A DNA stretch of 64,000 nt. It comes from a virus. Both the position numbers and the translations under genes were made by a program. Positions 55,238 through 64,000 of the stretch are shown here, piece after piece. Where the stretch lies: positions 1-64,000 of the IMG/VR virus record IMGVR_UViG_3300045135_000745; one strand, written 5' to 3'. The notes beneath the pieces are model-generated. The model was not told the origin of the DNA. It saw only the letters and a list, made by a program, of their open reading frames with translations, and searched no databases. Position 1 is the stretch's first letter. Each line of letters begins with the position of its first letter.

Positions 55238-57072
55238 TAGAGAGAAACCTCGATACGTTCATAATCGATCTGTGCTGAAGAGAATGAATTCACTGTATCT
55301 AAACTTAATTTAAAATTTCTCAGAGGACGAACAGTACTTTGGTTTGCAGGGATTGCTGAAATCTTAATAAATGTATCTGAACCGACAATAGCTACTGGTG
55401 CAAATCCAATAATACTAACTTTACCAGCAGTAGCATTGTAAGATCCTGCATTCGTAACCAATACCAGACCTTCGCCTTGGGTAACAACCTGTAATGTATT
55501 TGTTCCTAATTTATTGCGAAGAATACAAGTTCTACCTTGATAGGTAAATGCATTCGAAGTAATAACATATTGTGTCGTAGAAGGAGCAGATAGTGCAACT
55601 GGGAAATTCACAGTATATGGATTTGATTGTGCTAAAATTGGAGTAAATCTTCTTTGTACTTTTACATCCATTCTTGAGTTTAGAATAGCTTCAGATAAGT
55701 CATCGATATCAGCAATAATAGCAGATCTTCTAAAGATCTTATTAAATTCATTAAGATTAGTAGTAAAGTAATTTGATACTAATGTGTTTACTTGATTTTC
55801 AATAGAAGCTACGGTAGTGCTGGTCTTTGACGGGTTAAAGTTAAAGAACGTAGATGTTTCGATATAACATGTTTGGGCTTCTTCGAAAACTGGATCGATT
55901 GACATAATGCCACGGTTAGCAGATAGATCATTTGTAATATCATCCTGAACCGCAGTCTTAACTGCTGCAGTTGTACCAGTCTTATAATCGAGAGCAACGT
56001 AAACTTTACCATAGTTTGGTGGTTCATTATCTTCGCCACCCCATGCGGTAACGTCATTCAAATAGTTACCATAGTTTGCTGTGATAAGAGCAATGTAATC
56101 TTCTGCAGTAACTAATCTGTTTTGTGCAGCAAATTTAATAGGTGCATTTTGTTTGATCGAAGAAATTGATTCTTTATCAGCACCGCCAGCTGATCTAGTA
56201 ACTGTAAGAGATGTAAGAGGATAAGACGAAGAACCTACCGTTACATCTGACTGAGGAACAAACAATCTTGCGTTGTTAGCTGCAGTAGAATTAGTTGAAA
56301 GATAGGTAACTACGATATATTGTCCTGCTGAAGGTTTTTCACCAATAATACTTCCATCACCAAAGTATAATTCGTAATATCCATTTGGCGCTTCTCTTAA
56401 ACCATAAAACTTAGAAGTAGCATCAATTGACAAAGCCGAAGAATATGGTAGATATGTATTGTATACGCTAGAATTTCTATTAGCATATACCCTAACTACT
56501 GCAGTAGAAGTATCCATGTTTTCATCAGGAATAACATAAATTGGATTGTCTACCGAACTAACAGCAAATGATTTTGTTTTTAATGTGCCTTCATAGATTG
56601 GAATATCTGTACTACCTGAAGCAGTTTCAAATCTGTAAATGCCATTACCATCGTCTGTAGCAATATAAGAATTAGTTGTGTAAAAAGTATAAGCAACGTC
56701 ATCTACAGTAGTATTAAATCTTGTATTCGAAGGCAGTGTAACGGAAACTGGACGGACCGCATCACTAATGTTTAAAGATAAGTTAACAACCGCTGATGCA
56801 GCAGTTTTAGATCTCGGTGTATAACCAAGACTTTCTGCAATTGCTAGTACAGAACCTCTTAACTGAGCAGTGTTTAAAAATGATTCGTTTAAAGCAAAGT
56901 TAGCAAGTAAACCATTATAGTGAGTGTTGTAAGCTAACACATCTAAGATAGTATCAAGAGCAGAAGCATCGAAGTCGTAGTCGGCAAAAGCATCAGTCGA
57001 TACAAAGTGCGTTCTTAAAGCTTCTTTGATTCTAGCAAAATCGAGTTGAGTGGATTCTATACTAGTTGCCAT
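55237..57072 (-). CDS. gp6: baseplate wedge subunit
   Basis: LDF..IK, DYDF..S.L..LD.LAYNTHY, ESFL.TAQLR, QNRLVTAEDY, WGGEDN.PP.YGKV. Confidence 0.94.
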   Translation of the reverse strand: MATSIESTQLDFARIKEALRTHFVSTDAFADYDFDASALDTILDVLAYNTHYNGLLANFALNESFLNTAQLRGSVLAIAESLGYTPRSKTAASAVVNLSLNISDAVRPVSVTLPSNTRFNTTVDDVAYTFYTTNSYIATDDGNGIYRFETASGSTDIPIYEGTLKTKSFAVSSVDNPIYVIPDENMDTSTAVVRVYANRNSSVYNTYLPYSSALSIDATSKFYGLREAPNGYYELYFGDGSIIGEKPSAGQYIVVTYLSTNSTAANNARLFVPQSDVTVGSSSYPLTSLTVTRSAGGADKESISSIKQNAPIKFAAQNRLVTAEDYIALITANYGNYLNDVTAWGGEDNEPPNYGKVYVALDYKTGTTAAVKTAVQDDITNDLSANRGIMSIDPVFEEAQTCYIETSTFFNFNPSKTSTTVASIENQVNTLVSNYFTTNLNEFNKIFRRSAIIADIDDLSEAILNSRMDVKVQRRFTPILAQSNPYTVNFPVALSAPSTTQYVITSNAFTYQGRTCILRNKLGTNTLQVVTQGEGLVLVTNAGSYNATAGKVSIIGFAPVAIVGSDTFIKISAIPANQSTVRPLRNFKLSLDTVNSFSSAQIDYERIEVSL

Positions 57073-57073
57073 A

Positions 57074-57517
57074 TTATCTTAGCCTTACTACTGTTGTTTC
57101 GAATGTAACGATCTCTGAGGTGTTAACTATTTGGAACTCGACTTTTACACGAGCCGTATTATTATCTGGTTGTACATCCGGTTTAATTGATATGAGCTTT
57201 GCTCTTGGTTCAAAGTTTTCGATAGCAGCAGTGATATATTCTGTTAATACAAAATTCGTTTCATCATTTGCTAGTTCAAACAAAAGATCATTTAGGCCAC
57301 CACCGAAATAAGGATTAAATGGTTTCTCGCCTGGAGTAGTTAACAAAAGATTCTTCACTGCTTGTTTAACAGCTGCTGCATCGGTTTTCTTATATACGTC
57401 ACCATTTGGCTTTTTCGTAAATGTAAGATCGAGATCTGAATAGACTTTATTTCTAGAAGTCGTAAGACTCCTAGTTTGTAGATCTCCGTCTTCTGCAGCG
57501 AAATACTTTCTAACCAT
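57074..57517 (-). CDS. gp25: baseplate wedge subunit
   Basis: YSDLDL.F, AVKQAVKNL.LT..GEKPF.P.FG, FEPR. Confidence 0.93.
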   Translation of the reverse strand: MVRKYFAAEDGDLQTRSLTTSRNKVYSDLDLTFTKKPNGDVYKKTDAAAVKQAVKNLLLTTPGEKPFNPYFGGGLNDLLFELANDETNFVLTEYITAAIENFEPRAKLISIKPDVQPDNNTARVKVEFQIVNTSEIVTFETTVVRLR

Positions 57518-57538
57518 TTTCTTTCCTAGAGTTTAGTA

Positions 57539-57546
57539 TATTTATA
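57539..57546 (-). promoter_or_regulatory. late promoter TATAAATA for gp25-gp6-gp7
   Basis: Exact consensus. Confidence 0.7.
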
Positions 57547-57554
57547 CTAGTTTC

Positions 57555-60284
57555 TTACCATAATCCATCTGCATATGCTTGTTTACCTAATTCACTACGA
57601 CCACCCACTGGACCATATAGATCTTGGTCTTCTTTAAACAATGCATATGATTTAGAAATATACATAGCCTCTTCTTTATTTGCAAGAGTCTTTAATTCCA
57701 CTGGATTGACTGTTACCCAGAACTGTTTGCCGTTAAATACGAAACTATATCCATTTGATTCCGCGTTCAGTTTATTATTACGTAAGAAGCTTTCTACTTC
57801 TGCATCGCTCTTGAACTTACCATCAAGGATTTCTGGATTACCTGTATATTTTGCAACAGGTGCTTCTTCTGCCGGTGGTACTTCTGGTTCAGGTCGTACT
57901 TCCGCCGGCGGTTCACCACCAGTTGCCGCAGATGGTTGCGTAGGGGTTCCTGGTGATGGTTCCACCGGATCTACGCCACCAGTTGCCGGATCACGCGGTG
58001 CTGGTATGGTTCTTAATTCGTCTTCACCATCTGTCACTTCCAGATCAGTTGGATCAACACCATCAAGTTTAACTGGAGATTTCTTATCACCAAACTTAAT
58101 AAACTCTTTACCTTGATTCGTATTGTTAAACTGTGTACTAGTTTTCATTTTAAAGTCTGCAGTAAAGTCTTCTTTTACTACTGGCATAATAACAATAATT
58201 TGGACATTGTGATCTTCGCCTTGTCCACGAGGATCTAATTCATCGTAGTCTAAAATAATTTCATCATAACGAATATTTGCTGATAACCATACTGCTAAAT
58301 CGAATGTTTTATCTTTATCGATAAGACCATTTGGTCCAATTACTTCATACACAACTGCACGACCTTGTGTTCGAAGATCGAGAATACCATCTGGGGTAAT
58401 CTTTTCTGTCGGTTCTTTTACATAAACGCCTTCGATGATTTCAATATTGTAACCTTTGAACATATCTTGGTTATCACGAATCCTTTGAACCATGTTAGCA
58501 TGAGGAATAAGGTTACGAACAAGTTGTTTCTTTTCTTCGAGTCTTAGATTCGGATCTAACTTACCAGGATCACCTTTACCGTAAACAAATTGTGATAGTG
58601 TGATACTACGAGTAAGTTTCGTAGTAGTTAGAATCTGGTCTGCACCGGCTGGATTAAATCTTGGATCAACTGAGATTGGGGCTTTTAGGTTTTGTTCGGG
58701 TTTAACTCTTGCCTTAGTATCCTTCGCACCAACCGCTGGGTTTCTACCTGTTACGGTTACCTTTTTAGGGTCTACCACCATTTTCACAGATGCTGGAACA
58801 GGATTATTATACTTTGGATTGATTGTACCGGCTGAAGCTTGATATTGCGCAAACTTGCCATTTTCCCTGTGCCCGACGTCACGCATCCGCGCACGAACTT
58901 CATTTGTATTTAAGATGCGTTTAGTGACGCTGCCTGTATCACGAGTTTTATCGTATGCACCTTTTAAATGGTCTCCTTTATCAACAAAGATCTTTTGGAT
59001 ACCATATCCACCCTTATAAAGATATTCTGCCATAACATCAGTAGTTGCTCTATTGGTTTGACCTTTGGTGTCAAAAGTTGCATCAGTTGAAGAAGTCTGA
59101 GATGCGCCACCGCCGCCAGAAGCTGCGGCAACGTTAGCTGCCAATGCCGAAGACGCTGTACCAAATAGGTCACCATGGAATGAAATGGCGTTCATTGTTT
59201 TAGTTGCCGTAACAGTTTTCGTATTAACAGTTTCTTCTGCCCAGATACTATGACCGGTAAACATATTATAGTTGTGCATAATCACACCGTCACCACCAAT
59301 ATTACCTGTAGCACCGAATACCGAAATATCTTCGGCGGCAATGTTAATATCAGGAGCTGATTGCGTGATTTGAACTTCAGACGACATAGCAATGCCACCT
59401 TTCATTGCCATAGTACCGCCACCTTCTGCAACGGTCTTATGATCACCTTTTGTGTATACATCTCTAAATCCTAGAGCAGCACTTGAATAGTTTTCTGTCA
59501 TAAAGTCTTGACGACTGCCAACAATAGAAGTATATTTGTTACCAAAGTAAAGATCTCTTGACGGACCGTTAATAGTTTTAGTTTCATCTTTTGCTTGAAC
59601 GTTAAATGAACCGCCAACGTTTACGTTAAAATCTCCACCAACGTTTAATGTAAGATCCCCACTAAAATGTAATTGACCGTCACCAGTAACTACCAGTTTA
59701 TGTCCACCGTGGTTAACTTCTACTTTACCGTCACCATGAGAAGATACGACAATTGTCCCATCAGGTCTCATATCAATGCCAGATCCGGTATTGTGTTTAA
59801 TTAGGATTCGAGAAGATTCTGGCGTATCGTTATATTCGATAACGTGACCGGATACAGTTTCGATAACTTGATTTAATGGATACTTAGCTGAAATGCCAGT
59901 TGTATATTGTGCAACATCAATACCACCAACTGTACCAGCAATATCGAGATAATGACTTGTATAATTTTGTTTGGCACTAAAGTTAATAGAAGTAGAATTT
60001 TCATATTCTGCCCTTGGCATCTGACCAGATAAGTCACCGAATGTCAAAGGCTTTTTCGGATAAGTTGTTTTACTTTCTTCCTCTTCTTCGCGAGCAGCTT
60101 CTTTTTTAGCTTCTCTTAAGATAGCGTCATCATATACTTCGATGTAACCTTTTTCAATAGAGTAAGCTCTTTCAGCATCAGTAAGTTTTGCACTTGCAGA
60201 TGTACCTTCAGCTAAATCACGAAGATCCTCGACTGCCTTTTCATCGGCGTCCGTCCAAGATCCGTATATATTCTTTCCTGCCAT
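57555..60284 (-). CDS. gp5 C-terminal-like baseplate hub/spike protein (beta-helix) with extra C-terminal domains
   Basis: YP.NQV.ET.SGHVIEY.DTP...RI...H..G; VGGDFNVNVGG beta-helix repeats; Pro/Glu-rich linker. Confidence 0.72.
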   Translation of the reverse strand: MAGKNIYGSWTDADEKAVEDLRDLAEGTSASAKLTDAERAYSIEKGYIEVYDDAILREAKKEAAREEEEESKTTYPKKPLTFGDLSGQMPRAEYENSTSINFSAKQNYTSHYLDIAGTVGGIDVAQYTTGISAKYPLNQVIETVSGHVIEYNDTPESSRILIKHNTGSGIDMRPDGTIVVSSHGDGKVEVNHGGHKLVVTGDGQLHFSGDLTLNVGGDFNVNVGGSFNVQAKDETKTINGPSRDLYFGNKYTSIVGSRQDFMTENYSSAALGFRDVYTKGDHKTVAEGGGTMAMKGGIAMSSEVQITQSAPDINIAAEDISVFGATGNIGGDGVIMHNYNMFTGHSIWAEETVNTKTVTATKTMNAISFHGDLFGTASSALAANVAAASGGGGASQTSSTDATFDTKGQTNRATTDVMAEYLYKGGYGIQKIFVDKGDHLKGAYDKTRDTGSVTKRILNTNEVRARMRDVGHRENGKFAQYQASAGTINPKYNNPVPASVKMVVDPKKVTVTGRNPAVGAKDTKARVKPEQNLKAPISVDPRFNPAGADQILTTTKLTRSITLSQFVYGKGDPGKLDPNLRLEEKKQLVRNLIPHANMVQRIRDNQDMFKGYNIEIIEGVYVKEPTEKITPDGILDLRTQGRAVVYEVIGPNGLIDKDKTFDLAVWLSANIRYDEIILDYDELDPRGQGEDHNVQIIVIMPVVKEDFTADFKMKTSTQFNNTNQGKEFIKFGDKKSPVKLDGVDPTDLEVTDGEDELRTIPAPRDPATGGVDPVEPSPGTPTQPSAATGGEPPAEVRPEPEVPPAEEAPVAKYTGNPEILDGKFKSDAEVESFLRNNKLNAESNGYSFVFNGKQFWVTVNPVELKTLANKEEAMYISKSYALFKEDQDLYGPVGGRSELGKQAYADGLW

Positions 60285-60304
60285 TTTTTACTCCGTTACC
60301 TCTA

Positions 60305-62701
60305 TCAAACTGCTGCTAACCAACTAGGAATGGCTGCACCTTTTTTAGCCCATTTACCACCTTGAGGTGTAATATCGATATGAATACCACTGCCATTCAT
60401 ATAGTTTGGACCGACTCCAATACCTGTTGCACCAAGAGCCTTACATGCTCTTATATATTGTAGTGCTTTAGCTGGTGGATTCTTACTAACGCCGGGAACG
60501 AGTCTGTCCTTACGATCCGCATCAGTATAAAGCCAAATATCTGCAGCGTATCCGTTATCATGTCTTACTGATCCAGTTCTTACCGCTTTTACAACATTTG
60601 GTAAAAACCAATCATCGCCTTCTTGGATACCGCCTTTAGCAATAGCTTCTGCTTTTGACATTTGACCGCCAGAATGAATGGTAACATATAGACCAGTTTC
60701 TTTTGCAGCTTGGTCTAGAATTTTCATCAGCGATTGTTGGATAAGCTGATTACGAATTTTATTTGCTGTAAACCAATCCATACCACCCTGATAAACTACC
60801 CGATCACTAATTGGTTTACCTAACTCATCACCTCTTGGCGTAGTTTGTGGAATAATATTTTCCACTTCGGATCTACCGTTAAGACTCTTAACTAGCTTTT
60901 CGACGTCAATACCTGGTTCTTCGGGATTACCGCCTGCACCTCTTTCTTGTTGTGCAGTTAATTGACCTTTACCGTAAATGTTAATACCAGGAAGGATTTC
61001 GATAAATTGCTTACAAAGCTTTCTTAATCCTTTGGCTTGTTCGACCGTAATTGAATCGGCAGTCAAAACCCCCGGCTCATTTCTAAAGACATTATATCCC
61101 CCAACGATAGCAACCTTTAAAGTAGTGTCTGTGCCAACTGGTTTGGATCTTTGGATTGTACCCATTGGCAAAATAATATAATGATAATAGTTTTGTGGAA
61201 TAATTGTATCTTTGTTTACTAAATCATCTTTGTAAGTTTCAGTCCAGCTAACTTCAATTTGTATAGGTTGTACTAGGGCACTAGATACTTCTGCACTGGC
61301 TTCTTCCAAATTATTCAGGATAGGGAATTTTTCTGATAGCTCTGCAATACCTGCTACGACATTAGTTGAAACAATCTGATTACCAGCAACTGCTAAACTA
61401 CTTCCTAAAGCAGTGCTAATATTTAATGCACCGATATCGGGAAGACCTGGTAAACTCGGTAATCCTGGTAAACCGGAAGTCAAATCACTAAGAGCCCCAC
61501 TAACTGCTCCACCAATTGCACCACTAACTGCAGAAGATAACCCACCGCTTAGCATAGAACTTACGCTACCAAAGCGCCCTTGTAAATCTGTAAGTTTACT
61601 TTCAAATCCACCAATATTGATGCCAATATCAAGACCCAAATTCGGTGTGGATTGTAAAAGATCCAAGGCGTCACCAACTGGCCCGTCAGTAAATTTTTTA
61701 ACAAGTCCCCCCGCAATGTTATCGATACCAGGAATAGAAGGAAGACCTAAACTTCCTTTTACTACATCAAGAGTTCCGTTTGCTTTATGTAAAATATCTG
61801 ATATTGGACCACCTGTAATTGACGGGATCATATCACTAAAGTTTCCTGTTAAATTATCAGCAAGACCGCCTAATTTGTCACCAACAATATCACCAAGGTT
61901 CGGGATCTTAAGATCTGGAATTTTCATTCCAGCTAAAACACCTCCAAGATTTGCGGTAGCCCCGCCGAGATCGCCTTTAATACCGTTTAGAGCAGCTACC
62001 ATTGTACCTTGAACTTCTTTCGAGGTTACTACTTCAACAGTTGGGATTACCTTTTTAGTTGCCTCTGAAATAGCTGAAACTGTTTCTGCCATAGCTGCTG
62101 GCGTAGGTAATGTTAATGCAATATTATTAAAATTAGCTTGTACATTAGAACCTACAATTGCATTTGCAATATCATTTGATGCACTTTCCAGCGCTGGCTT
62201 AACCTTTGCAGCAGCAATAGGAAGACCGTCTCCAACTTCAGATAAAGATTTTTGTAATCCTGGCATTGCCGCTTGGAGGTTTGTCTGAACAGTAGTAGCA
62301 GCTTTTAAAGAACTACGAACAGTTGGTTCAATATCTTTTGGAAAGTCGTTTAATGCAGATGCCATTCCCTTCAAGCCATTATTTAATTCTTCACCTGCTC
62401 TAGGGAGTGACGACTTTAAAGTGTCTAACTTTAATTCTAAGTCCGGTAGACTCGGTAGCTCGATATCACCCAAAGAAGGAACTCTAGGTAAAGCAAGCGC
62501 ACCTAAATCTGGAATACGTGGCTTTTGTTTTTCAAGAATCTTTGATACATCATTTAAAGCCGGAGCTGCTCGACCGACAAGATCCATATTCAAAGCTTTA
62601 AATTCATCTGCAGCTTTTGATATATTTAGTTCAATATCTGGTGTAGAGATCTTGGAGGCTAAACCTTCTAATTCTCTCGTTAATCCCGCTGTATCGATCA
62701 T
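60305..62701 (-). CDS. tail-associated protein: long low-complexity N-terminus, degenerate amidase-like domain and C-terminal peptidase M15-like domain
   Basis: YHYII...G.IQ..P (T7-lysozyme-like), SVRHDNGYAADI..GIG...YM....HIDI (H-x6-D...H Zn motif). Confidence 0.6.
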   Translation of the reverse strand: MIDTAGLTRELEGLASKISTPDIELNISKAADEFKALNMDLVGRAAPALNDVSKILEKQKPRIPDLGALALPRVPSLGDIELPSLPDLELKLDTLKSSLPRAGEELNNGLKGMASALNDFPKDIEPTVRSSLKAATTVQTNLQAAMPGLQKSLSEVGDGLPIAAAKVKPALESASNDIANAIVGSNVQANFNNIALTLPTPAAMAETVSAISEATKKVIPTVEVVTSKEVQGTMVAALNGIKGDLGGATANLGGVLAGMKIPDLKIPNLGDIVGDKLGGLADNLTGNFSDMIPSITGGPISDILHKANGTLDVVKGSLGLPSIPGIDNIAGGLVKKFTDGPVGDALDLLQSTPNLGLDIGINIGGFESKLTDLQGRFGSVSSMLSGGLSSAVSGAIGGAVSGALSDLTSGLPGLPSLPGLPDIGALNISTALGSSLAVAGNQIVSTNVVAGIAELSEKFPILNNLEEASAEVSSALVQPIQIEVSWTETYKDDLVNKDTIIPQNYYHYIILPMGTIQRSKPVGTDTTLKVAIVGGYNVFRNEPGVLTADSITVEQAKGLRKLCKQFIEILPGINIYGKGQLTAQQERGAGGNPEEPGIDVEKLVKSLNGRSEVENIIPQTTPRGDELGKPISDRVVYQGGMDWFTANKIRNQLIQQSLMKILDQAAKETGLYVTIHSGGQMSKAEAIAKGGIQEGDDWFLPNVVKAVRTGSVRHDNGYAADIWLYTDADRKDRLVPGVSKNPPAKALQYIRACKALGATGIGVGPNYMNGSGIHIDITPQGGKWAKKGAAIPSWLAAV

Positions 62702-63828
62702 ACTGTTACCCCAGTTGTTGCAAGCTGATTGTAAACATCTTCAGCATAAAATAATCTTTTCCCGTAAGCGCCAACACTATCTCTGCCACTTTGTCTTCTT
62801 GTTTCGTATGGTGCAAATTTCCATAATACTTTTTTACCAGTTTGGTCCTTTTTCCATTCTGCTACTGAGAATTCTGAAATCTCATAGTAAGCTTCGATCC
62901 GGTCTGCTGCCATAGCTGCAGTTGAAGCTTTCGGCCCCCAATCATCAAATTTAAGCCAACCTAATGTTTGTAATTCATGTACCACAAACGAAAGCTGACC
63001 CTTTAAATCTGGAACGTAATGTCCACCTTTGCTTGTCAAGAATAATTGCATACCGTTATTTTCTGCATACTTTCTTAAGGCGGTTCTTCTTTCGCCTAAC
63101 CATTGGGCAATACCAACAGCACCAATAGAATTCTCAACATCATATTGTAGCTTTGTACCAGACTCGGTCATGAAGTTACCAACAAATCCTGCGGCTAATT
63201 CCTTTGAGTTCGGTAAACCCATATCAGATCTAAAAACGTTTTCTAAGAAGTTGTATGCTTTTTCTGCATTACTACCACCCTCAAGTACATATGAATCATA
63301 TGACTTACCACCGTGTGATGTAGTACCGCCCGTATCTCTTGGCGGGATACCAGGGTCTGGGGTTGGATTAGTACGTGCTGCTTCAGCTCTAGGATCAGCT
63401 GCATCCGGGTCCACCATTCTCGCACCAGCTGATTCCAAGTTTACTTCACCAGCCACGGCAAGTCTTGTCTCCCCACCAGCACCTGTCACCAAATCAGGTT
63501 TCTTACCATCGACTCTTGGAATAGATCCAAGGACGAGAGGGAGCTGTGAGTGTTTGCCGTCTAAGAAAATACCAAATACTTGAGCATATGGTTGAATACC
63601 AACTGGCGTACCATTAATGCCGGATGTGCCACCCTGCGTTACGGGCGCGACCACCTGCGCCCACGGGAGAGCGCTCGGGGGAATGTCACTAGGGCTTGCA
63701 GAGTGAATACCATAGATTCGAACTCTAACTCGACCTTGTTTAATTGGATCATTTATCGATTCTACGACACCAACCCACCAACGGGTTTCATCGCCATAGA
63801 AATCGTTATAAAGTGTTTTTATGCTCAT
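62698..63828 (-). CDS. gp5: gp5 N-terminal OB-fold fused to a phage tail lysozyme domain
   Basis: WWVGVVE..NDP...GRVRVRIYG.H..LPWA..VFG.FLDG...QLP.VLGS; AGFVGNF.TES..GIAQW...R. Confidence 0.8.
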   Translation of the reverse strand: MSIKTLYNDFYGDETRWWVGVVESINDPIKQGRVRVRIYGIHSASPSDIPPSALPWAQVVAPVTQGGTSGINGTPVGIQPYAQVFGIFLDGKHSQLPLVLGSIPRVDGKKPDLVTGAGGETRLAVAGEVNLESAGARMVDPDAADPRAEAARTNPTPDPGIPPRDTGGTTSHGGKSYDSYVLEGGSNAEKAYNFLENVFRSDMGLPNSKELAAGFVGNFMTESGTKLQYDVENSIGAVGIAQWLGERRTALRKYAENNGMQLFLTSKGGHYVPDLKGQLSFVVHELQTLGWLKFDDWGPKASTAAMAADRIEAYYEISEFSVAEWKKDQTGKKVLWKFAPYETRRQSGRDSVGAYGKRLFYAEDVYNQLATTGVTV

Positions 63829-64000
63829 TCGAGATTCTCTAATTTAACACAAGTTAAAGTAACATCATATCTTTCAATTCTGATATTATGTCTTACCGCA
63901 TAGATCATATGTTTGCCTGATTTAACTTTATCTGTAATATCATCTATTGAAGCGGACGGGGTAGGCGTTACGTTATTCAAAAATCTTAATTTAATTGTAT
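63825..64000 (-). CDS. 3' end of a putative baseplate hub protein (gp27-like), partial
   Basis: Open frame ending DKVKSGKHMIYAVRH..CVKLENLE, with an ATGA overlap onto gp5. Confidence 0.5.
   Translation of the reverse strand, partial: TIKLRFLNNVTPTPSASIDDITDKVKSGKHMIYAVRHNIRIERYDVTLTCVKLENLE

Noticed and set aside
48037-63903. Many + strand ORFs in the track (e.g. 48410, 50090, 61413, 63029; likewise 3606, 12982, 18310)
   Set aside because: Antisense shadows of well-supported minus-strand genes, with no RBS or motif support
1-64000. tRNA/rRNA genes, group I introns, stop-codon reassignment
   Set aside because: No cloverleaf or intron-like gaps were seen; core genes (gp43, gp17, gp20, gp23) are uninterrupted in the standard code

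Overview
This is a 64-kb segment of a large T4-like myophage genome, with almost all genes on the minus strand. An alphaproteobacterial (possibly marine) host is inferred from the DUF1127 and IbpA-type Hsp20 genes. Positions 1-18.6 kb hold the replication/recombination block: AEP-like primase, MazG-like NTPase, gp43, RegA, gp62/44/45, DexA, gp46/47, gp55, UvsW and UvsY. Accessory ORFs interrupt it (QueC-like PP-loop protein, Asp/Asn beta-hydroxylase-like oxygenase, DUF1127, Hsp20, HNH endonuclease). Positions 18.1-64 kb hold the morphogenesis block: gp3, gp23-gp13, fibre proteins, a VrlC/DUF4815-like giant, gp8/9/7/6/25 and a three-gene gp5 region. Sigma70-like TTTACA-N17-TATAAT promoters precede replication genes and T4 late TATAAATA boxes precede virion genes. 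The most striking signals are as follows. (1) A nine-gene radical-SAM/SPASM + glycosyltransferase + methyltransferase cassette lies inside the late virion operon. (2) The tripeptide D-S-[D/A] is strongly enriched in tail, neck and baseplate proteins and nearly absent from non-virion proteins. Together these suggest a phage-encoded virion protein modification (glycosylation) system with its own sequon. (3) A non-canonical Hint domain sits inside the 1881-aa virion protein. (4) Gene-less antisense promoters converge on minus-strand operons. No tRNA, rRNA or CRISPR array was recognised. All calls come from motif and synteny recognition by eye; no searches were run.
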